Source: an uncultured Rikenellaceae bacterium (GTDB lineage Bacteria > Bacteroidota > Bacteroidia > Bacteroidales > VadinHA17). From it: a stretch of DNA of 64,000 nt. The stretch is from assembly GCA_964522415.1 (NCBI GenBank), contig CAZFVQ010000017.1, forward strand, positions 4,723-68,722, written 5' to 3'. Of this stretch, positions 9,897 to 17,912 are shown piece by piece. The translations under genes and the position numbers were made by a program. The first letter of the stretch is position 1. The number at the start of each line of letters is the position of its first letter. Under the pieces are notes generated by a model. It saw only the letters and a program-made list of their open reading frames with translations. It did no database searches and had not been told where the DNA came from.

Positions 9897-10076
9897 ATGA
9901 GTACTACAAGAGTATTATTAATCATTGCATTACTGGCACTTGCGGGATTCAGTCTTTACCGGAAAAATTCCAGGCAGAAGCAGAGAGAACAGGAAATTGG
10001 ACAAAAAAAAGACAGCGGGAAATCTTTTTCATCCGAATTTCAAAAGGATGATTATGAACCTTATTCAGGGAATTAA
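9897..10076 (+). CDS. Small single-pass membrane protein, 59 aa, unknown function
   Basis: MSTTRVLLIIALLALAGFSLYRK N-terminal TM followed by a charged tail ending DDYEPYSGN; AT-rich upstream region with TATATTTG. Confidence 0.6.
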   Translation: MSTTRVLLIIALLALAGFSLYRKNSRQKQREQEIGQKKDSGKSFSSEFQKDDYEPYSGN

Positions 10077-10082
10077 CATATT

Positions 10083-11372
10083 TCAAAGTCTGTTTTTTGT
10101 GGCAAGATGCCGGAAGGGATTAACCACCTTCTGCAGAAGTCTCAGGCTGTCTGTCAATATCTCGGCTGTTCCCTGCATGTTCTGGGTAAATTCAAGTTCC
10201 CTGCCATAAAGAGTTTTTAGTCCCCCTGGCAGAATTATCTCTATTATATAAGCATCCCCGGCCGGGACAAGTGATTTGGATTCCACAATTCCACGCACCA
10301 TTCCGTATTCGAGATAGGGATATCCGGCAAGCTTGATATTTACGGCCTGGCCCGGTCTGACTTTTCCAGATCTGTACATATTGAGATCAACCCTTCCGAT
10401 ATAATTTCCCGGATCAAGGGGAACGACACTCAAAACAGGTTCATCCCTTGCCACCATCTGATTCTGCTTCCAGAATTTTGTAAAGGTGACAATGCCGTCT
10501 ACAGGAGATATGATCAGATAGGTATTTTCCCAAATTCGTATCTGTGCTTTAAGATTGTTGAGGGATTCTGTCAGAACGGAAAATAATCTTGCTCTTTCTT
10601 CGACCATTTTTATCCTGTAATCCTGCAACTCCTGATTTTTCTGTGCGAGTTCAAGGATTTTGGCTGCATGATCAAGCCTGACGTCCTGGAGTTCAATATT
10701 GATTTTGTTGAAGGTCTGGCGCGAGATATCGAGTTCGCTTTCAGAAAACACTTTATCAGCAAAAAGGGATGAATCCCTGGTGAATTTTTTTGCTTCAATA
10801 CGTTGGTTTTCAAGATAAAATTTTTCTTTTTCTTTTACTCTTAGGATATATTCCTCCAGCCCTTCTATTTCCCGGATAACCGAAGATATCTTATATCCGT
10901 AAAAATCATTTTTAACATAGTTCTCATAATCGGACAGGTTTTTAAGAAAACTACCCCAGTATTCCTGTATCTCACCAAGTTCAGAGAAAGATGGAAGGGA
11001 TCCGGCCGATATCGACCCGGGATCCTGTATCGCCTCAATATTCTCTCTCAGTTTCCTAACCTGATCAATTGATGCAGCTGTTTCCATCACAGCAAGCAAT
11101 CGGCCTGTACGAACCGTCTCACCATCGCTGACATACCAGTTTAAAATACGTCCGCTTATTTTTGACACAAGAGTAACCGGAGGATTCTCCGTGGTAATCT
11201 GCACAGGCGACGGAACCACATTTGGATAACGGATAATCCAGGCAAAAGCCAGGATAATCAGAATAACTGCAGAAATTGCAGCAGTTCCCCATCTGACGAG
11301 TTTCCCCGGCGGATTTGAAATAATCTCACGAACAGCTTCGGAATACAGTATTTCCGTTTTATCTTCTTTCAT
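10083..11372 (-). CDS. HlyD-family type I secretion membrane-fusion (adaptor) protein
   Basis: Cytoplasmic N-terminus (EIISNPPGKLVRWG), one TM, biotinyl-lipoyl half motifs (SKISGRI; ISPVDGIV), long coiled coil, GQAVNIKLAGYPYLEYG; directly downstream of the PCAT. Confidence 0.93.
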   Translation of the reverse strand: MKEDKTEILYSEAVREIISNPPGKLVRWGTAAISAVILIILAFAWIIRYPNVVPSPVQITTENPPVTLVSKISGRILNWYVSDGETVRTGRLLAVMETAASIDQVRKLRENIEAIQDPGSISAGSLPSFSELGEIQEYWGSFLKNLSDYENYVKNDFYGYKISSVIREIEGLEEYILRVKEKEKFYLENQRIEAKKFTRDSSLFADKVFSESELDISRQTFNKINIELQDVRLDHAAKILELAQKNQELQDYRIKMVEERARLFSVLTESLNNLKAQIRIWENTYLIISPVDGIVTFTKFWKQNQMVARDEPVLSVVPLDPGNYIGRVDLNMYRSGKVRPGQAVNIKLAGYPYLEYGMVRGIVESKSLVPAGDAYIIEIILPGGLKTLYGRELEFTQNMQGTAEILTDSLRLLQKVVNPFRHLATKNRL

Positions 11373-11381
11373 TCTGTCATA

Positions 11382-13568
11382 TTAATTGCCAAGTTCAAGC
11401 TGGTTTTTAATAAGATTAAAATAAAATCCTTTCTGTTCAATAAGCGAATCATGGTTTCCTGTTTCCACTATCCGCCCTTTATCCATAACAACAATTTTAT
11501 CCGCATTTCTCACAGTGCTGAGTCTGTGTGCAACAATAACCACAGTTTTTTTCCTGAAATATCCTGCAAGATTTTCAACAATGGCTTTTTCATTGTTGGC
11601 ATCAAGAGAGTTAGTCGCTTCATCGAATATCAGTATATCCGGATCTTTATACAGAACACGGGCAATAAGAATTCTTTGTTTCTGTCCTTCACTCAGGCCA
11701 TGCCCGTTTGCCCCGATTTTTGTGTTATAACCCAAGGGGAGTGATTCAATGAATTCCCTGATGTTTGCCATTTCAACTGCCTTGAATAGTCTTTCCTCAT
11801 CAATTTCTGAATTACCAGGAGAAATATTTGATGCGATGGATTCCGGAAAAATAAAACCATCCTGCATAACGGCTCCGGTTTTTTCTCTCCAGATTCTGAG
11901 ACTGAGGTTTGTAAGCCTGGTGTCTCCTACAAGGATTTCTCCCATGACAGGCTGGTAGAATCCAAGGATCAGCTTGAGCAGGGTTGTTTTGCCGCTGCCG
12001 CTTGTTCCCACAACAGCAGTTGTTTTATTTTCCCCGATGACGAGATTTATATCCTGTAAAACAAAAGGTGAATGAGGCCCTTCATACTGAAATGACAAAT
12101 TATTAATTATCAAATCTTTCCTATCAGGAAGCCGTGAAATTTTTGAATCAGGATCTGCTTCCTCTTCTTCCATCCCGTGAACTTCGGCAAGCCTGTTCAG
12201 GCTCATTCCGGCATCCTGTGTTGTACTGAAAAATCCTATGATCTGATTCAGGGGAACATTGAGCTGACCTATGATGAACTGGACAGCGAGCATCATACCA
12301 AGTGTCATATTCCCTTTCAGAACTGCAGTTGCTGAAACGACTGTGATCAGAAGATTTGTTATCTCATTGAGAAAAGTGCCTCCGGCAGTCTGATACTGAA
12401 GCAATCCCAGTCCCTTCGATTTCAGGGCAAACAGCGAAGCCTGCAGATTTTCCCAGTCCCAGCGTTTCAGCGATTCGCTCTGGGTAAGCTTTATTTCCTG
12501 CATCCCATTCACAATATTTATAAGCTTGCTGTTGGCTACTGACATCTCACGGAACCTCTCATGATCAAGTCTTGCCCTTGATTTCATAAATACCGACACC
12601 CAAAGCACATACAATACCGATCCGGTAAGAAAAAGAGCCAGTATTTTCAGATTGTAGACTGCAAGAACGATACTGAACACGATGATATTGAAAAATGAAA
12701 ACAATATGCTCAGGCTGGTTGAGGTCAGAAAATTCTCTATTCTGTTGTTATCATCAATTCTCTGAAGAATATCACCTGTAAGTTTAGTATCGAAGAATGC
12801 TATGGGCAGGGACATCAGTTTCCTGAGAAAGCCGGAAATTATTGATACATTGACACGGGCTCCGATATGAAGAAGCAGCCATCCTCTGATGAATTCCACT
12901 GACATACGGCCGATTACCAGAGCGAGTTGGGCAAAGAGTATCAGATATATGAAGCCCAGATCGCTGTTATTGAGACCGGTATCAATTATTGCCTGCGTAA
13001 GGAAGGGAATAATAAGCTGAATTACACTGCCAATAAGCAATCCCAGCATCAGCTGGCCGAAATATTTTTTATACAGCTTAAAATATCTTGCAAGGAATCT
13101 GAAGCCGTTCACGGGTTCAGATTCATTTTCTTTTTCCAGCAGTGCCGGGGTGGGTTCCAGGATCAGCACCAGCCCGGCCGGTTTGCCATCTTCCAGAGTA
13201 CTTGCCCATTTTTTTATAAATTCATCCTTGTTCAGGGAAAGGAGGCCTTCAGCAGGATCAGCAATCAGAATTTTATTTTTCCTTATCCTGTAAACAACAA
13301 CAAAGTGTTTCTGCCTCCAGTGTACTATACAGGGCATTGGAACCTTGTCAAACAACATATCGAAGGGGATTTTAACCCCGATAGTCCTGAATCCCAGGTT
13401 ACCTGCAGCCTCTGACAAGCCAAGAAAAGAAACTCCTTCCCGCGTTATATAACATTTTCGACGGATTGATTCAAGATTGAAGTTTTTTTTATAATAGGAT
13501 GCTACCATTTTAAGGCAGGCAGGACCACAATCCATTGCATCTGGCTGTCTTACAAAAGGAAATGACAT
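11382..13568 (-). CDS. Peptidase C39-containing ABC transporter (PCAT; SunT/LagD/ComA-like)
   Basis: N-terminal QPDAMDCGPACL (catalytic Cys) and HWRQKHFVVVY (catalytic His), ABC membrane domain, Walker A GTSGSGKTT, LSEGQKQR, IFDEATNSLD. Confidence 0.95.
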   Translation of the reverse strand: MSFPFVRQPDAMDCGPACLKMVASYYKKNFNLESIRRKCYITREGVSFLGLSEAAGNLGFRTIGVKIPFDMLFDKVPMPCIVHWRQKHFVVVYRIRKNKILIADPAEGLLSLNKDEFIKKWASTLEDGKPAGLVLILEPTPALLEKENESEPVNGFRFLARYFKLYKKYFGQLMLGLLIGSVIQLIIPFLTQAIIDTGLNNSDLGFIYLILFAQLALVIGRMSVEFIRGWLLLHIGARVNVSIISGFLRKLMSLPIAFFDTKLTGDILQRIDDNNRIENFLTSTSLSILFSFFNIIVFSIVLAVYNLKILALFLTGSVLYVLWVSVFMKSRARLDHERFREMSVANSKLINIVNGMQEIKLTQSESLKRWDWENLQASLFALKSKGLGLLQYQTAGGTFLNEITNLLITVVSATAVLKGNMTLGMMLAVQFIIGQLNVPLNQIIGFFSTTQDAGMSLNRLAEVHGMEEEEADPDSKISRLPDRKDLIINNLSFQYEGPHSPFVLQDINLVIGENKTTAVVGTSGSGKTTLLKLILGFYQPVMGEILVGDTRLTNLSLRIWREKTGAVMQDGFIFPESIASNISPGNSEIDEERLFKAVEMANIREFIESLPLGYNTKIGANGHGLSEGQKQRILIARVLYKDPDILIFDEATNSLDANNEKAIVENLAGYFRKKTVVIVAHRLSTVRNADKIVVMDKGRIVETGNHDSLIEQKGFYFNLIKNQLELGN

Positions 13569-13639
13569 TCTTGCCGGGAAAAGATATTATAGGTTTAAAT
13601 TATTTAATATTTACTCTGAAAGTCATCCGGTAAATTATT

Positions 13640-13692
13640 GTGCAATGTAATTATTTTAATAATTTTTTTACGCAAACTAAATAGTATATTTG
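13640..13692. promoter_or_regulatory. Divergent promoter region for the PCAT (-) and the ECF sigma (+)
   Basis: TATATTTG at 13685-13692 matches the Bacteroidetes -7 element for the sigma gene. The minus strand has TTTG...TACATTGC toward the PCAT, with a slightly long spacing (23 nt). Confidence 0.45.
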
Positions 13693-13716
13693 TTTTTCAA
13701 TTCAGATTGACCAGAA

Positions 13717-14289
13717 TTGTTTAAAAGGATAACAGATTCAAAGATCATTGCAGGCATTAAGGCTCAGGATGATAATATTCTTGAATGGATTTATGATAAT
13801 TATTACCAAACCGTAGAAAATCACGTAATTAAAAATAGCGGTTCACCTGATGATGTGCCTGATATTTTTCAGGATACCATCATTATTCTCTACAAGCAAA
13901 TCTCGGCTGATTCTCTCAGTTTATCCTCCGATCTCAAAGCTTACTTTTTTGGAATAGCACGTAATCTGTGGAATGCCAGACTCAGACAAAAGAACAGGAT
14001 GACCGGAATCGGGTCCCGCTTCGATATGGCAGATGAATCAGGCTCAGAAGAGAGCGAGGACCTGATTTTTGAAAGAATCATGAGCAGGGCATTCTATAAA
14101 TTAAAACCGGATTGTCAGACCATTCTGACCTTATTTTCTGACGGTTGCACTTACCAGGAGATTACCGGGAAGATGCAGCTGAAAAACGAAGTATATGCAA
14201 GGAGAAAGAAATACTTGTGTAAGGAGGCACTCCTTGAACTTATCAAGACCGATGCCGAATATCAGGAATATTTACGCTTCCTGAAATAG
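13717..14289 (+). CDS. ECF-type (sigma-70 group 4) RNA polymerase sigma factor
   Basis: 190 aa; region 2 (DDVPDIFQDTIIILY...LKAYFFGIARNLW) and region 4 HTH (KLKPDCQTILTLF...TYQEITGKM...YARRKKYLCK); TTG start. Confidence 0.9.
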   Translation: MFKRITDSKIIAGIKAQDDNILEWIYDNYYQTVENHVIKNSGSPDDVPDIFQDTIIILYKQISADSLSLSSDLKAYFFGIARNLWNARLRQKNRMTGIGSRFDMADESGSEESEDLIFERIMSRAFYKLKPDCQTILTLFSDGCTYQEITGKMQLKNEVYARRKKYLCKEALLELIKTDAEYQEYLRFLK

Positions 14290-17200
14290 AAAATCAAAGC
14301 GGTCACGGGCAGTGAAAGCAGAAGGAATACTATTGCCATTAATCTGACAGGCGGATATATCGGTGAATTTTCTCCGTAAACAATCAGAGTTGCCCAGAAA
14401 TATGGATGAGATTTAAGCTGTGTGGCATTTTTAAGATAAGCAGTCCGCGATTTTTTCAGTGATTTGCTTTTAGTATAACCTTTTTTAAGATTTTCATAGA
14501 ATCTGCTTACTATTTCAGTTCCTGATTTATCCTCAATTTCCCACATAGACATTACCACAGACCGGCTTCCGGAATAAAGAAATCCCCTTGCAAGGCTAAG
14601 AATGCCTTCACCAGATGACAAAATACCTGTTCCTGTATTACAGGAACTCAGCACCACCATTTTAGCCCTGAGCGGCATTCCGTAAACTTCCGACGTATAC
14701 AGCAGTCCGTCATCCGGACTGTCATTCATCTGTGAAAATATCATTGCTGAATTCATGGGGTGCTGATCGTTAAGCAATGTATGCATTGCCAGATGAATAA
14801 TATTGTAGTTCAGTGCCTCGTTTTTAAAAACTGATTCTTTAGCCTTTTCATTCAGAAAAAGATTACCACGGGAAATTGAAGCGACATATTCCGCTTCCTG
14901 GCGTGCATATGGCAGGTCATAGAGCAAACCCCTTTCCTGCTGGTTTTGAGGAAAGAGCGAATCAAGCTTTATATCAGTTCCGTAAAAGGGAGCAAAAGCT
15001 GCCAGTCTGATCTTTCCCGGAATATTTCTGGAACCAATCTCCTTCATTAATGTTGCCGAATATGCATATGAAATATCAAAATCATTCATCAGGTAATCCA
15101 GTTTCCTGTAAAGGATACCTTCTCCTTCATATTTTGAGGAGAGTATCGTTTCGAAAGGAAGATATGACAGATAATTGTCGGGAGATATCAGCAGATTTCG
15201 GGATATAAAATACTTTTGCACCGGTTCGACAAGCATTTTATAAAGTGTTGTACCGGCCTCCTGATATTTGATAAATGCATTCCTTGCATCCTTGACGAGT
15301 GCCGGATTTGAAAGCAAATCCCTGAATTCACCGAGAGTTTTAAACAACACTGAATCAATCCTGTACGATACCAGTTCCTTGTACTTTTTGTTGACAACAA
15401 AAATATAAAGCAGGGAATCCGCAACAATATAACTGATGTAATTATTTTTTCTTCCGACTATTGACGGTATTTCTGTCATTAAAGGGGCGACTGTATTGTA
15501 CTTGAGTGCGAAATATTCCGGATAGTATTTCTCAAAAGTCAGTATCAGTGAGTCACGTGCCCTGATCGATACCAGTATCTTTTCATTCCACCCGGCAAGA
15601 AGCAGTTTGTTTGGTTTTGCCTTTTCTTTTTCCAGTGAGATCTTCGAATTCAGCATTCCTATTTCCCGTTGAAGGGATTGTTCATAATCTGCAATTTCCG
15701 GAGGAATGTGCAACTGTATGGCATTCAGTTCACGTGTCGTTGCCAGCAAACCTGCAACCTTGCTTTTTTCTGCAATCTGGAAGGTTTTTTCAAGATATGA
15801 ACGATCTGAGCTTAGCCTGTAACATAATTCAGAATCCCTTATTGCCATCAGGTACGATTTTCTGTAATGATCCCCCAGTACTATCCTGCTCTCCTCCTCA
15901 CTGATATTCAATCTTATCTTGTCAACGGCATCAATGATATGATGCGAAGTGGCAGCTGCCGCTTTGAGTATTCCCATATCCTGTGTTTCCGAAAAAATAT
16001 CCGTCAGTATCTCATATTTTGAACGGAGTATCCTTACATATCGCCTGTCGGCCTGTACCGAATCAATTTCAGGATTCGCAAGAGAATCGAATGATTGTCC
16101 TGTCTGCGATCCATAAAAAAGAAGTTCCTGAATTTTTGCAAGAGCCTCCCTGCTCTGACCGTTGTAATGCAGGGCCCTGGCATATCCTTCATAGACCGGA
16201 TCCCGAAGATTGGCATCCTGCGGATGTCGTGAAAGATAATCATTGCAAAGGGAGAAATACTTTATTGCAGCTGCGGCATCATTCCTGTAATTAAGCAAAT
16301 ACGCAGCATAGTTCTTTAATGCCTCTGTATAATATCTGGAATCCGTACCATAATAGCTGCCCGATCTTTTCAGCAATTCAGTCAGCAGCGATTCGCCCTT
16401 CCTTATATTACCTGCATTTGCCTGGGCAATTGCATAAGTATGTATCATGTTGAAGGAATGAATGGAATTATCCTTAACCGCAAGTTCAATTCCCTTACTG
16501 AAATATTCTTCCTCCCTTTCAGTCATACCAAGATATCCGTAATTTATTGCCATGCTGTTGATCAGTGTAATATAATTCTGATCCATTTCCATATGATTCT
16601 TTTCCCAGACCGATTCAGCCTGCTCAAAATAGATCCTTGCCTTTGCATAATCTCCCATTCTTGCATACCCTGCTCCAATACTGCTGTATAAATCAGAGAG
16701 ATCTCTTTCCTGAAAAGCTTTCAGCATTCCCAGTGCCCTGTCCGTGTATTCAATGAAATTTTTATAATCATTGTTTAAAACCGATGCGCCGATAAGTGTA
16801 GTATATGCGGAAGCAATTTCAGGCCGGATTTCATCATAAAATTTCCCGGATATATCTATATACCTGGTCAGATAATCCCGGACTCCCGAATAATTACCAA
16901 GATGATTATGTGCCACACCAAGATTAAAAAGAGCTTTAAAATAACGGTCGTCTTCAATATTCAAGCTGTCTTTCAGGCGTATCGATTCTCTCAGATGAAT
17001 AACGGCATTATCGTATCTTGAAGAAAGCAGATTACTTACCCCGGTGTAATAGAGTAATTCAGCTTCAGTCTGCAAGTCGGACTGATTTACGATAATTAAT
17101 TTTTCAAGACTGTCGGCAAAAGACAAGAGGCCCGCGATGTTTCCTCCCGAACTGAAATTACGGATTCTCTTACTGATTTTATCAAGGGAATCTGAATTTT

Positions 17201-17351
17201 CAGGCTTGCTCTGACGGGTCATTAAAAAAATATTGTTACGAGAGGAAAAATCCGGAAAACTGACACAATATTCTGCCCGGATCAAACACAGGGCTGCTGC
17301 TATAATTAAAAACCTGAATCTTAAATAGTGTTTAACTGACTTCCGGTACAC
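14262..17351 (-). CDS. TPR-CHAT protein (caspase-like CHAT peptidase) with N-terminal signal-like segment and C-terminal TM anchor
   Basis: Multiple TPR-like helix pairs; CHAT motifs LLISPDNYLSYLPFE, LPYARQEAE, IIHLAMH (His), VVLSSCNTG (Cys), GEGILSLARGF.YSGSRSVVMSMWEIED, HPYFWA; hydrophobic C-terminus followed by RKRKYS. Confidence 0.93.
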   Translation of the reverse strand: MYRKSVKHYLRFRFLIIAAALCLIRAEYCVSFPDFSSRNNIFLMTRQSKPENSDSLDKISKRIRNFSSGGNIAGLLSFADSLEKLIIVNQSDLQTEAELLYYTGVSNLLSSRYDNAVIHLRESIRLKDSLNIEDDRYFKALFNLGVAHNHLGNYSGVRDYLTRYIDISGKFYDEIRPEIASAYTTLIGASVLNNDYKNFIEYTDRALGMLKAFQERDLSDLYSSIGAGYARMGDYAKARIYFEQAESVWEKNHMEMDQNYITLINSMAINYGYLGMTEREEEYFSKGIELAVKDNSIHSFNMIHTYAIAQANAGNIRKGESLLTELLKRSGSYYGTDSRYYTEALKNYAAYLLNYRNDAAAAIKYFSLCNDYLSRHPQDANLRDPVYEGYARALHYNGQSREALAKIQELLFYGSQTGQSFDSLANPEIDSVQADRRYVRILRSKYEILTDIFSETQDMGILKAAAATSHHIIDAVDKIRLNISEEESRIVLGDHYRKSYLMAIRDSELCYRLSSDRSYLEKTFQIAEKSKVAGLLATTRELNAIQLHIPPEIADYEQSLQREIGMLNSKISLEKEKAKPNKLLLAGWNEKILVSIRARDSLILTFEKYYPEYFALKYNTVAPLMTEIPSIVGRKNNYISYIVADSLLYIFVVNKKYKELVSYRIDSVLFKTLGEFRDLLSNPALVKDARNAFIKYQEAGTTLYKMLVEPVQKYFISRNLLISPDNYLSYLPFETILSSKYEGEGILYRKLDYLMNDFDISYAYSATLMKEIGSRNIPGKIRLAAFAPFYGTDIKLDSLFPQNQQERGLLYDLPYARQEAEYVASISRGNLFLNEKAKESVFKNEALNYNIIHLAMHTLLNDQHPMNSAMIFSQMNDSPDDGLLYTSEVYGMPLRAKMVVLSSCNTGTGILSSGEGILSLARGFLYSGSRSVVMSMWEIEDKSGTEIVSRFYENLKKGYTKSKSLKKSRTAYLKNATQLKSHPYFWATLIVYGENSPIYPPVRLMAIVFLLLSLPVTALIFYFRKRKYS

Positions 17352-17594
17352 CTTAAATCTTAGTTTATAATTCTTATATATCCGATTTTCAAAAATACCT
17401 TCTATTTTTGAACCTTTAACAAATATTGATCACAAACCCGAATTCACAAAGTACTGTATAAGTGCACTTTAAAAAAAAGTGCAATTTTTTCTTATATTTT
17501 CGTGTCACAAAAGAGGCTTAAATGACATGTATTAGCAGAACTATCAATAATTAATTTCAGAAAATTAAGTGGTAACAAATAAAACTAAAAAAAA

Positions 17595-17738
17595 ATGAAA
17601 AACCTGAATTCTTCCAAGACGAGAGACATTTTTGCCGATTATGAACTTACAATTGATGAGATGTTCAATATAAGAGGTGGCGATAAAGTGCGTAGTGAAC
17701 CCATCATACTGCCTCCCTCCCCACCCATTTTGATTTGA
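17595..17738 (+). CDS. Double-glycine-leader precursor peptide, 47 aa (not in the ORF track)
   Basis: Hand translation: MKNLNSSKTRDIFADYELTIDEMFNIRGG|DKVRSEPIILPPSPPILI*. ELTIDEMFNIRGG fits the ELSxxELxxIxGG leader consensus cleaved by C39 peptidases; an A-rich translation-initiation region precedes the ATG; a PCAT is encoded 4 kb away. Confidence 0.85.
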   Translation: MKNLNSSKTRDIFADYELTIDEMFNIRGGDKVRSEPIILPPSPPILI

Positions 17739-17912
17739 GCTGCAAATATATTATTATTAATATCAGGTACAGGCTTTTTTATACTGTTGTTTTAATTATC
17801 CGGCAAGCGGGATAAAGAATTCCTGCCCCTGGAAGGATATATATATAATAAAGTGGCTCTATAAAAACAGCCTGGCATGCTGATTGATGAGTATTATAAT
17901 AAACATATATCC

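Noticed and set aside
14262-17351. TPR-CHAT as part of a type III-E CRISPR (Craspase) locus
   Set aside because: No cas7-11, array or csx30/31-like genes are visible, and the protein appears exported and membrane-anchored.
17595-17738. Peptide as a lanthipeptide, sactipeptide or rSAM RiPP precursor
   Set aside because: The core has no Cys and there is no modifying enzyme in the cassette. The only radical SAM nearby (20709-21338) has QueE motifs and no SPASM domain or RRE.
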